From the NCBI GenBank assembly GCA_003140895.1, contig PLLH01000035.1, positions 1 to 59,328 of the forward strand: DNA of 59,328 nt, written 5' to 3'. The position numbers were made by a program, and so were the translations under genes. The notes below the pieces were generated by a model, which saw nothing but the letters and a program-made list of their open reading frames with translations, made no database searches and was not told the origin of the DNA. The DNA is from Elusimicrobiota bacterium. Its GTDB lineage: Bacteria; Elusimicrobiota; Elusimicrobia; F11. Positions 19,868 to 28,716 of the stretch are shown one piece after another (the stretch's first letter is position 1; every line of letters starts with the position of its first letter).

Positions 19868-19964
19868 TGTTGCCGGAAGATTGTATCAGCCCACCTTCTG
19901 TATGTCAAACGAACACCGACGGATCAAGGGCACCAAAAGGCGGTGCCGCCGATGTCGGCTTGGG

Positions 19965-20888
19965 TCACGAAAGCCGGGCCAACACCTCCTGTTTCGTTTC
20001 CCTCTCAAATCCCAGAGAAGTCATCATCTCTCTGGCTTTGGCCTGGCCCCAGGGAGAAAACCAGGCCGCCAATCGGGAGACGAACAGAGCCCGATCGACA
20101 ACCGGCGCTTCAACGCACAGAAGGGAACGCCGATGAGCGTCGCTGAACACCCAATCCGGACAAAGAAACGGAAGTAAGCCCCATTGCCCCAGAAGGGCGA
20201 GCGCCGGTGCCGGATTGGATTCTTTGAGAATCAATTCAAATTCATGGCGCAGACGCGTGGCGGACAACCGTTCCGGGAATTTCCCGCGGATCGCGTCAAT
20301 CGCCTGTTGTTGCGTCGCCGGTTCCAGCGTAAAAGAAAACCGTCCGGCAAAACGGGCCGCTCGAAAAAGCCGGGTTGGATCGTCCTGAAAGCTACGAGAA
20401 TGGAGCGTTTTTATCTGCTTCGCTGAAATATCGCGGCCGCCCTGAAAGGGGTCCATCACCTCTCCCAAAGAAGAAGGCAGGAGCGAGCAGGCAATGGCGT
20501 TGACGCTGAAATCACGCCGTTTGAGATCGGCTGAAATAACGGAAGGCGTGACATTGGGAAGTTGCGCCGGAGCCGCGTACCGTTCTTCCCGGGCGGTCGT
20601 GACATCGATTTTTTCACCGCTCGGAAGCCGGAGAGAAAACGTCATAAACCGCTCGTGAGTTGTCACGTCGGCGTTAAACCGCTCTTTAAGACCCGCCACG
20701 ATGGGACCCGCCGGATGATCCACCATGACATCCACATCCCGGATCGGACGACCCATGAGGAGGTCCCGAACGACGCCCCCCACCAAAACAGCCTCCTGTT
20801 TGTGGTGCGACGCCAACCGTCCCACTTCCTGCAAAAAGGGCCGAAACGCAACCGGGATCGCATTCGATAGAGCGTCGGAGATGTTCAT
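19965..20888 (-). CDS. tRNA nucleotidyltransferase / poly(A) polymerase family protein (short form, 307 aa)
   Basis: Class-II nucleotidyltransferase head motif LVGGVVRDLLMGRPIRDVDV and ...RRDFSVNA.... The C-terminal region is shorter than in canonical CCA enzymes. Confidence 0.8.
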   Translation of the reverse strand: MNISDALSNAIPVAFRPFLQEVGRLASHHKQEAVLVGGVVRDLLMGRPIRDVDVMVDHPAGPIVAGLKERFNADVTTHERFMTFSLRLPSGEKIDVTTAREERYAAPAQLPNVTPSVISADLKRRDFSVNAIACSLLPSSLGEVMDPFQGGRDISAKQIKTLHSRSFQDDPTRLFRAARFAGRFSFTLEPATQQQAIDAIRGKFPERLSATRLRHEFELILKESNPAPALALLGQWGLLPFLCPDWVFSDAHRRSLLCVEAPVVDRALFVSRLAAWFSPWGQAKAREMMTSLGFERETKQEVLARLS

Positions 20889-21526
20889 GAAACAGGGAGC
20901 TCCCAGGTGGCGTCCGCGTCAAGAACTTCACGAGCCTTTTCATAGAGGAAAAGACGGTCGTTAATCGCATGGATCTCCGTCAAACCGGCGAGAACCGATT
21001 CCCGGACGGTCGGCTGAGCGTCCTCTTTATACGGTAAAACCATCGGCAAGCTTTTTTGGCGGGCAACGGATTTTTTTAGGTGGTAAACGGACAGTCCGTT
21101 CTGCCGGGCCAACGCTTCAACAATATCCGATTGAACCGACGCCTCCTCGTCCCATTCAACCATTTGAATCAACTCATCCAGCCCGAAAAGAGTCACCGGT
21201 TGGTAACGAATCACCTCTGCCTCCAACCCTTGCTGCAACATCTGAAAATCACCCCTCGTCTTCTCCTCCCACTCGGACTTCTGATCTCGATAGGAGAAGG
21301 GATAGACAAAGGCCATGAGTTCGAAGTCGGGATCGTGATAAATGACAAAATGCTCCGCGTAAAAAATCTCTTTGCAGGCGGAACATTCCGCCATATTCAG
21401 CTCCCCGCCGAGCAAGAGATCCCTTAGCTCAGGATCTTCCCGAACGTTAATGATAGACCATACCTCGGCCTCATTCGGGAATTGGCAATGAGAACACGTT
21501 ATTTCTTCGTTTGAAAGATAGGACAT
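20885..21526 (-). CDS. CpXC-type zinc-ribbon domain protein
   Basis: Two Cys pairs (CSHCQF ... CSACKE) spaced as in CpXC proteins, followed by the ...FVIYHDPD... segment. 213 aa. Confidence 0.55.
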   Translation of the reverse strand: MSYLSNEEITCSHCQFPNEAEVWSIINVREDPELRDLLLGGELNMAECSACKEIFYAEHFVIYHDPDFELMAFVYPFSYRDQKSEWEEKTRGDFQMLQQGLEAEVIRYQPVTLFGLDELIQMVEWDEEASVQSDIVEALARQNGLSVYHLKKSVARQKSLPMVLPYKEDAQPTVRESVLAGLTEIHAINDRLFLYEKAREVLDADATWELPVS

Positions 21527-21713
21527 AAATTATTTTTTATTTTTAAATAAAACGTGTGACTTAAGTCACACCAGGGAAATCAAAAGAACACATATTCGCA
21601 TCTATAAATAGAGTTGAATTTATATTTATTTTAAAAAAATCAATTTAAATTACAAATCCGCTCAGCACCTGAATTAAATTAATTATTGAAAATGAACATT
21701 CCCCCCTATATCC
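21527..21713. promoter_or_regulatory. AT-rich divergent intergenic island (promoter region for the giant plus-strand gene and the minus-strand CpXC/cca/scpAB run)
   Basis: This is the longest non-coding stretch in the window. My hand count gives about 47 G+C in 187 nt (~25%), against visibly GC-balanced coding DNA on both sides. Confidence 0.6.
21554..21571. promoter_or_regulatory. Perfect 18-bp palindrome with a CRP-type core (TGTGA-N6-TCACA); candidate Crp/Fnr-family operator
   Basis: GTGTGACTTAAGTCACAC is identical to its reverse complement. The core half-sites match the classical CRP consensus. Confidence 0.5.
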
Positions 21714-24700
21714 TTGCTTGAAGTTGAAACAATACCAAAAAAAAGTTGGACGAGTGAGGAAATGAGCTCAGACGAAATAAGAAAATATCAAGCCGATGAG
21801 ATAACAGATCTCTCCACCGCCAAATTGGCTCTTCGATGGTCATTGGAAAAAATTCGGCAATTGGACGATGAGATTCAGCGTCTCTCGAATCGTCTCATTT
21901 CCAAGGAAGACGAAGCCTCCAAGCTCTCCAAAGAGCTCGCCCATCAATCCACTGTCAGCCTGAACGAGAAAGAAATCACCAGCAAAACCAGCCAACTGCT
22001 CGAAGAATATCGAGGGTTGATGGGCTCTTCAATGGAACAGCTTTGGAAAAAATACGCCCCCCAAGAAGCGGCGGTTAAGAAAGAACTTCAGGATCGGGTG
22101 AGCTCCCTGGAACACGATCTTCTCCAGCGGGAACGTCAAAAAGGCCTCAACGACGAAAATTTACACAAAGCGGAAGAAAACCTGGCCCGCATCGATCGGG
22201 AACGGATTGAACTCGCCGAACAGATTCGGGACAAAGAAGTCGAAATTGTCGGTCTTCGGGAAAAGCTGGTCGGCCTCGAACCGGAAGTTCAGCGCCGCTA
22301 CAACGAAAAACTCAATCACACTCAACAGTTGTTCACTCAGCAACTGTCTCAGGCGCAAGAAGCCATTATCCAGAAAGAGCGGGAGATTCAAGACCGCCTC
22401 AATCAACAAGCGGTTCAATATCAACGTGACCGATCGGCCGCTGAGGCGGACGCGGAACGGCGCTACCAGATCAAGAAAGAAGAGCTGGAAAAGCATCGCT
22501 CCCAATGGTTGATTGAACTGGAAGAAAGCCGCCGGGAACTTCAACAGGATTTAGAAAAAGAACGCCGCCAGCTGGGAGAACAGCGGAATCTATGGGAAAC
22601 CGAATTTGCCGCCAGACGAACCGTTTTGGAAGACAACTTTTCCAGAAAAATTTCTTCCATTGAAACAGAAAAGATCCGCTTTGAAGCGGATCGGACCAAC
22701 GCCCTTGAACTCCTCAAAGCCGAGAAAGAAAAATTCCAACAAGAAGCCTCCAAGCGGTTCCGGGAACTGGCGGAGAAAGAACAAGCCATTGAGAAACAAC
22801 TTCTCGACCGCGCCAACCAGCTCATGGCCGAAAATTTAGAGCATCAACGGGAACTCGGCGACGACTATTCGAAGAAAGATTCCCTCCTCAAAGAAGCCTG
22901 GCACCAAAAAGAAGTGGAGTTTGAGAAAGCCAAGGCCGAATGGGAAAAGAATTATTATGAGAAAGACGCCGTCCGCGACCGTGAATTCCGCCTTCGGAAA
23001 GAAACGCTTGAAAAAATGTTCGCGGAGAAGGAAACGCGGTTTGTCAGCGAGCGTCAGAAATATGAAACGGAAAAAGCGCAGGCCCTTCAGACGCTTGAAT
23101 ATCAAAAACAAGAATTTGAGACTTATCTCTCCCACGAAAAGCAAAAACTGGCCTCCCTCGAGAAACTAATAAAGGAAAGCAACGAAGAGGCCTTCCGGGT
23201 TCACGAGACCAAATTGGCCGCCGAATTTGAATCTAAAATTCAAGATCTGGACAATAAACGGCGAGATCTGCTGACGAAAGAGGAACAATTGGAGGCCCAA
23301 TACAAAGCCACGGGCGAGCTCCTCGCCTCCAAGATGGAACAGGAACGCCAATCCATGCTGTCTGACCTGGAGCACCAACGCGAGCAGTTCCAACAATTTT
23401 TAAAATCGGAGACGGATCGGCTGAACAAACTGGACCACGAGCGGCGCATCCAGTGGGAAGCCCAAGTTACGAACGCCAAACACAAACAAGAAACCGAAGA
23501 AAAACGAATCCAGGAACTGGAAATCGTCCTGCGCGATCAGCAAATCAAGGAAATTCAATCGTTTGAAGTGCGTCTCGCCGCCGAATACGACAAGCGGACG
23601 CATGAACTGGAAAAACAGTCCACGGAAAAGTCCCATCTCCTGGAAGCCAATTTCAAGCAAAATGAAGATCAGCGCGAACGGACCCTGGCTCTCCTCAAAA
23701 AAGAGCTCGAGAAAACCTACGCTGACAAAGAATACGCCCTCATGATGGAGAAGCAGGAATGGGATACCATTCGGGCCGACGCGCACCGCCATATTGATAA
23801 AGACAAAAAATCCCTCGAAATGGAAATCTCCCAGAAACGGGCCTCTCTCCAAAAAGATCAGGAAGATTTCATGTCCCACATGCGGCAAGAGAAAGAAATG
23901 TGGGACGCCCAGATGAAATCGGACCAGAAACGGCTGGAAGAGATGGAACAACAGTTGGTCCAGAAAAACAACGAAGAACAAAAACTCTGGCAAGCCAAAG
24001 CCAAAGAGGACCAAATCCGGCTGGAACTCCTCGAAAAAGACCTCATGGTCAAAGTGGAGAATGAAAAAGTTCTTCTTCAGCAACGGGCGGAGGAAGTCTC
24101 TCAGCGGCTGGAAATGATGGAAGCCGACATCCAACGGAAAACCGAAGAAGATCGCGTCGCCTCTCAGGCCAAAATCGACACCCAATATCAGAAGTTGGAA
24201 AACGACGAACGGACCTTCCGCGAAAAAATGACCCATGAACAAAAAAGGTTAGAAGTCCGGAACGAAGAAATCCTCCGGACGCGCTCCGCCGAATTGGAAA
24301 AAGAACATCTTCGCCGAAAAACGGTTCTTGAAACAGAGAGTCAGGAGCAAAAAGAACGGGCGGACCTCTCCTCCCGGTCCATCGAAAAGGAATTGGGCGA
24401 TAAATACAGAACGTTGGAAGACCAGCTCATCAATGATCGAAACGAATGGAATAACCAGAGAAGTCAGACTCTCCTTGATTTGGACAATCAGCGCCTCCTC
24501 CTGAACGAGGAAAAAGCTCAATTTACGGCTCAACGACGCCGCCTGGAACAGGAAATGGCCGACAGGCTGAGTGAAGAGAAGTACCATTTGGCTCAGCACG
24601 CCAAAGCTGAGAATGAACGCCTCGCCGGGCTTGAACAGTCCTTAAATGAAAAGCACCTCCAGGCGGATCAAAACACGATTTCCCTCCAAGAAAAATACGT

Positions 24701-27233
24701 GAAATTGGAGACCGATTTGCGGGCGAGATTGACGGAAGAACAAAATCAATTGATCCACCAACAAGAAGCCCTGCATGCCCAAAAACAAGCCGAGTTGGAA
24801 CTCAACTGGAAAAACCGCTCTGAACAGTTGGAGAATAATTACGAAGAGCTTCTCTCCAAACGCCAAACAGCGTTCGAAATCAAAATGGGCGACTACGATG
24901 TCGCGATGGCGGCCCAAAAAGGTCAATTTAATCTCGAGAAGAAAGAATGGGAAGAAGCGAAAACCACCGCTCTGGAATCACTCGAATTTGAACGCCGCCG
25001 CCTCTACGAAGATATTGACCGGCGGAAGGACGAACTGGAGCACAAAGAAATCATCCTCCGTCAACGGATTGACGATGAGCGGCGCGTTCTGGACGCCAAA
25101 GCCGCCGCGGAACGCCAACGCCTGGAAGCGCTGGAAGAAGAACTCCGCGCCAAGGCCGAAGGCGAGCTTCGGTCCGCCAAGGCTCACGTTGAGGCCGAAA
25201 ACCAACGAATTGAACTCACCGAAAAAGAAATGAAGGAGAAGCAACTTCGAGAGCAAGGCATCTTCAACCAATACGTCATTGAAGAGAAAAAACGCCTGGC
25301 GGACGTCGAAAATGAACTCCGAAACCGGCTGGCCAACGAGAAAAAGGAACTTGACGCCAAGATGGAAGAGTCCTTTACGCGACGGACGGCTGAAGTGGAA
25401 GATCTCTTAAAGAAGAGAACCTCGGAGCTCGAGCAGATTGCCGAAGAAGAACGCAAACAATTGGCCCGTATGTTCGAGGCCCGGCGGGTTGAGCTGGAGA
25501 AAACCTATTACGATAAAGAAAGCCTCCTGATTCGCGAGAAAAAAGAATGGGAAGGAGAAAAATCCCTGGCCCATCAAGCCCTTCAGCATGAAAAACAAAA
25601 AGCCTTGGAAGAAATCAACGCGATCAAGGAAAAACTGGAACGGGAAAAGGAACGCTTCGCTCTCCATCACAAAGAATTTGAACGTCAAAACGTGGAAGAA
25701 CAAGAGAAGAGGAACCAGGTCCTGGAGACGGAACGGATTCGCCTGGCGGCCTTGCAGGAGTCAACCTTGGCCAGCGCCAGAGAGAAGGAAGAAGCTCTGA
25801 TGCTTCGCCAACGTCAAGAGGAAGAGCGGATTGCCACTCTTGAAAAAAGTATGCATGAGCAATTTGCCCAAAATAAGAAGGCATGGGAGGAAACTATGTT
25901 AAGAGATACTGAACAGATGGAGAAATTTGAAAAAGACTTAAGATCCCGGATCACGATGGAACATAAGAACTGGGAGATGAAAGCCGAACAATCCCATCGC
26001 CAACTGACCCAGGAACTCGAGGGGCTTTGGAAAAATCGGGCAAACCAACTGGAAGAACAGGCGCTCGCCAAGGAATCCGATAGAGAAAAGGACTTCCAAG
26101 AACTGAAAAAAGCCCTCTTGGTTGAGGTTCAAGTGAGAGAAGCCGAACTCAGGCAGACCCAACAAGCGCTGACGGAGGAACGGCGACTGGCGTTTGAAAA
26201 ATTGACTCAAGACCGGAAAGGATTTGAGTCTCAATCCGAAGAGGAACGCAAACGCCTCGAAACCATGTCCAATGAAATGCGCCGCCGAATTGAGGCCGAG
26301 CAAACCGCTCTCTATCAGCAAATGGAATCAACGCTCAAAAATCGCGCGGCGGAACTGGACGCCATGTGGCAGGAGCGGGGCGTTCTCACCCAGAAAAAAT
26401 ATGAAGAGGAAGAAGTCCAGCGGCATAAGATGCTGGCCGAAAAACAGACGACGCTCGAAAATCTCGAGAAAAAATACGTCGCCGACATGGACAAACTAGA
26501 GAAAGGGTATAACGTGCGCCTGACGCAACTTGAACAACAAAGAGCTCGTTGGGCCAAAGAAAACGAGATGGCGCTGGATCAGTTGGAAGAAGCCAAGATT
26601 AAAACCCAACAAGAAGCGGACGCCCTGCGCGAAGCGTATCGGCAAAAGGAAGAACAACTTGTTCAGCAACTGGGGCTCAAAGGGAAAGAGTTCGACGATT
26701 ACAAACGGACCGTCGAGCAAGAATGGCCGTCCCGGTTTGAAAGCCGCGTATCAGAAATTGCCGATAAAGCCCGCAAGCAATTGGCTGAAAGAGAAGCCGA
26801 CTTTGCCGTGGCTCGCAAGCAATGGCTGGAAGAAGCCACTGAGATGAAACTCAAACTCTCAGAACGCATGAATGAGCTGCAGGATTCCCTCTCGCAAAAA
26901 GAAGAGGAACTCCAGAGAAAATACCTCCAGAAACAACACGAGCTCACGATCCAAACGGAAAAGGCCCTCTCAGACCTTCACTCGAAACAGATCGCCTTTG
27001 AAAATCAGAAGGCCGAATACGAGAAGCTGGCCGAGGATGCCAACCAACGGAAAAATGAACTCGAAGAAGCGAAGAAAGACCTTCAGAAGAGACTCGAAAC
27101 CGTCACGCAGGAATTCATGCGTCAGCAAAGCGTCATGGATGAGCAGATGAGACGGCTCCAAAATGAGAAATTCGAACTCAAGCACGAAGTGGAGAAATTG
27201 GTGAATCAAACGCGGCAGCCGCGGGTCGCCTAA
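21714..27233 (+). CDS. Giant coiled-coil protein (1,839 aa from TTG 21714; 1,823 aa if ATG 21762 is used)
   Basis: Uninterrupted 5.5-kb ORF with E/K/R/Q/L-dominated heptad-like sequence throughout. I could not see a signal peptide, TM segment, Walker A or any enzymatic motif. The coding strand is strongly purine-rich. Confidence 0.85.
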   Translation: MLEVETIPKKSWTSEEMSSDEIRKYQADEITDLSTAKLALRWSLEKIRQLDDEIQRLSNRLISKEDEASKLSKELAHQSTVSLNEKEITSKTSQLLEEYRGLMGSSMEQLWKKYAPQEAAVKKELQDRVSSLEHDLLQRERQKGLNDENLHKAEENLARIDRERIELAEQIRDKEVEIVGLREKLVGLEPEVQRRYNEKLNHTQQLFTQQLSQAQEAIIQKEREIQDRLNQQAVQYQRDRSAAEADAERRYQIKKEELEKHRSQWLIELEESRRELQQDLEKERRQLGEQRNLWETEFAARRTVLEDNFSRKISSIETEKIRFEADRTNALELLKAEKEKFQQEASKRFRELAEKEQAIEKQLLDRANQLMAENLEHQRELGDDYSKKDSLLKEAWHQKEVEFEKAKAEWEKNYYEKDAVRDREFRLRKETLEKMFAEKETRFVSERQKYETEKAQALQTLEYQKQEFETYLSHEKQKLASLEKLIKESNEEAFRVHETKLAAEFESKIQDLDNKRRDLLTKEEQLEAQYKATGELLASKMEQERQSMLSDLEHQREQFQQFLKSETDRLNKLDHERRIQWEAQVTNAKHKQETEEKRIQELEIVLRDQQIKEIQSFEVRLAAEYDKRTHELEKQSTEKSHLLEANFKQNEDQRERTLALLKKELEKTYADKEYALMMEKQEWDTIRADAHRHIDKDKKSLEMEISQKRASLQKDQEDFMSHMRQEKEMWDAQMKSDQKRLEEMEQQLVQKNNEEQKLWQAKAKEDQIRLELLEKDLMVKVENEKVLLQQRAEEVSQRLEMMEADIQRKTEEDRVASQAKIDTQYQKLENDERTFREKMTHEQKRLEVRNEEILRTRSAELEKEHLRRKTVLETESQEQKERADLSSRSIEKELGDKYRTLEDQLINDRNEWNNQRSQTLLDLDNQRLLLNEEKAQFTAQRRRLEQEMADRLSEEKYHLAQHAKAENERLAGLEQSLNEKHLQADQNTISLQEKYVKLETDLRARLTEEQNQLIHQQEALHAQKQAELELNWKNRSEQLENNYEELLSKRQTAFEIKMGDYDVAMAAQKGQFNLEKKEWEEAKTTALESLEFERRRLYEDIDRRKDELEHKEIILRQRIDDERRVLDAKAAAERQRLEALEEELRAKAEGELRSAKAHVEAENQRIELTEKEMKEKQLREQGIFNQYVIEEKKRLADVENELRNRLANEKKELDAKMEESFTRRTAEVEDLLKKRTSELEQIAEEERKQLARMFEARRVELEKTYYDKESLLIREKKEWEGEKSLAHQALQHEKQKALEEINAIKEKLEREKERFALHHKEFERQNVEEQEKRNQVLETERIRLAALQESTLASAREKEEALMLRQRQEEERIATLEKSMHEQFAQNKKAWEETMLRDTEQMEKFEKDLRSRITMEHKNWEMKAEQSHRQLTQELEGLWKNRANQLEEQALAKESDREKDFQELKKALLVEVQVREAELRQTQQALTEERRLAFEKLTQDRKGFESQSEEERKRLETMSNEMRRRIEAEQTALYQQMESTLKNRAAELDAMWQERGVLTQKKYEEEEVQRHKMLAEKQTTLENLEKKYVADMDKLEKGYNVRLTQLEQQRARWAKENEMALDQLEEAKIKTQQEADALREAYRQKEEQLVQQLGLKGKEFDDYKRTVEQEWPSRFESRVSEIADKARKQLAEREADFAVARKQWLEEATEMKLKLSERMNELQDSLSQKEEELQRKYLQKQHELTIQTEKALSDLHSKQIAFENQKAEYEKLAEDANQRKNELEEAKKDLQKRLETVTQEFMRQQSVMDEQMRRLQNEKFELKHEVEKLVNQTRQPRVA

Positions 27234-27244
27234 GCGTTTTCTTT
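27208..27244 (+). terminator. Candidate intrinsic terminator embedded in the last codons of the giant ORF
   Basis: AAACGC[GGCAGCC-GCG-GGTCGCC]TAA-GCGTTTTCTTT. The inner 7-bp stem has one mismatch and one G-U. An outer AAACGC/GCGTTT pairing follows, then a T-tract that runs into the stop codon of the convergent gene. Confidence 0.35.
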
Positions 27245-28715
27245 ACTTCATTAGATCGTCGTAAATCGCTCTCTCCCGGAGGCTTCTGGGCAACTCCCCC
27301 CTCCGCCTCCACACCTCACTCAACGCCTCGTGCGCTCTTGGATCAAATGGATTGATGGCCATATAGTCCATTAAGAGCGAAACAGCCTCCCTGTCACCCG
27401 AAAGCCGGGCCAGTTCATAGTACGGAGTCCCATAATTCGGATTTTTATCGGTCGCTCGTTTCAGATAAGAAACAGCCGTATGGGGGTCTTCTAAAATTAA
27501 ACATGTCTTGGCCGCCTTGAGCAACACCACCGCATTGTCGGGTTCGTCTTTTAAGGCGCGTTCGTATTCGATGAGAGCCGCCGCCGGCTTATTACGCCGA
27601 CGCATTTGATCCCCCAATTGAACGCGGCCTTGAACATCCGCTCCAATCAACGCATTTTCCTCTACTCGTGAAAAACGAATTTCATCGGTCAACGCCCCCT
27701 TGGTTTTCTCCCATGTTTCTGTTTTTAACGCCTCTCTCCAATCCCATTCGAATTGCTCCAACGACATATTAAAAACCGAGTTGAAGGCCTCTTTAAACGG
27801 CAAACGCTGGGCCGCCTTCAGAAAACGGGCAAAGGTCGTTGGTCCCGCTTTCTTGATCAATTGTGATACCGCGTACGAGACTTCCGAAAATGCCAACGAC
27901 ACTTCTTCTTGGTTCTTTAAGTACACCATCGAAGGCGACATCCGCGCAAACGAAATCAATTCATTTTTCTCAAGCGCTTCTTTTAATTTCATTTTTTGCT
28001 CCGGCGTGAGAAAAGAAGGGACGTCCATTCGGTACGCGTTTTCAAAATAGCGGGCGGTCCCCTCATGGAACCACAAGTCAACTTTCGAGCCGGACATTTC
28101 ATTCACGATGAGATGAACGTATTCGTGCGAGAGCGCGTCCAACCATCGGTATCCCAGAGGAAGCGCCCGCGGAGAAAGAATCATGAGACGATGGAACTTG
28201 CAGATGCCGATAGCGCCGGAGCGCTCCAATGTTTCCATGCTGAGCGTCGATGCCGCTGAAAACGACTCTTGCGTCGGGTAAATTTCCACCCGGATCCGTT
28301 CTTTCGGGCGATGCCCTAGAATTTTTTCCATTGTGGCCGACGATTGCTCTAAAACCGGCAAAGCGTAATCGGACAAAAAGGTTTGGTCAGCAGGAAGGAA
28401 CAGGGAAAACCGTTCAGAATCCCGTCGGACAAACGAAGTTTGAAGAGGAATGAGCCGAGTCAAATACTCTTTCATCCAAGGAAACTGCCTCTGAGTGGGT
28501 TCATCCAAGGATTCCAGCGCCTTGGCGTAATCTCCTTTGGCGAGATAGGCGATCGCCAGCCCCTCTCGCTTCGGCGTCGCCGTTCCGGATTCCAACGCTT
28601 CGGAAACACTCGGAGATTGAGAACGATCGATTTCCCCGGGAAAAGATTCCAATTGATGCGCCGACGCCGGCCGCATCAGGAGAAAACCAAACAAGAGAAG
28701 GCCCTGCCGTTTCAT
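27243..28715 (-). CDS. Secreted MA-clan-like zinc peptidase domain (HExxH) fused to C-terminal TPR repeats
   Basis: Signal peptide MKRQGLLLFGFLLMRPASA, HEYVH followed by WFHEGTARYFE, and TPR-like repeats at the C-terminus. The track start is 28760. I prefer ATG 28715, 1 nt after the upstream stop. Confidence 0.7.
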   Translation of the reverse strand: MKRQGLLLFGFLLMRPASAHQLESFPGEIDRSQSPSVSEALESGTATPKREGLAIAYLAKGDYAKALESLDEPTQRQFPWMKEYLTRLIPLQTSFVRRDSERFSLFLPADQTFLSDYALPVLEQSSATMEKILGHRPKERIRVEIYPTQESFSAASTLSMETLERSGAIGICKFHRLMILSPRALPLGYRWLDALSHEYVHLIVNEMSGSKVDLWFHEGTARYFENAYRMDVPSFLTPEQKMKLKEALEKNELISFARMSPSMVYLKNQEEVSLAFSEVSYAVSQLIKKAGPTTFARFLKAAQRLPFKEAFNSVFNMSLEQFEWDWREALKTETWEKTKGALTDEIRFSRVEENALIGADVQGRVQLGDQMRRRNKPAAALIEYERALKDEPDNAVVLLKAAKTCLILEDPHTAVSYLKRATDKNPNYGTPYYELARLSGDREAVSLLMDYMAINPFDPRAHEALSEVWRRRGELPRSLRERAIYDDLMK

Positions 28716-28716
28716 A

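Noticed and set aside
19868-19964. 97-bp spacer between the cca-like gene and scpA with small hairpins (GGCACC-N7-GGTGCC; GCCGA-TGT-CGGC)
   Set aside because: The stems are 5-6 bp with no U-tract, which is indistinguishable from chance.
21692-21721. 9-codon upstream ORF (ATG AAC ATT CCC CCC TAT ATC CTT GCT TGA, MNIPPYILA) overlapping the TTG start of the giant gene; its Pro-Pro could suggest a stalling leader
   Set aside because: There is no Shine-Dalgarno sequence, it is very short, and it sits in AT-rich DNA where ATG...TGA pairs arise by chance. It is worth a look only if ribosome profiling shows occupancy.
22161-27209. Many minus-strand and off-frame ORFs inside the giant gene (e.g. 23400-24242, 280 aa; 22161-22544; 25938-26321; 24249-24599)
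   Set aside because: They are Phe/Leu-rich mirror images of GAA/AAG/GAG-rich codons and lack starts with an RBS. A stop-poor antisense frame is the expected artefact of a purine-rich coiled-coil gene.
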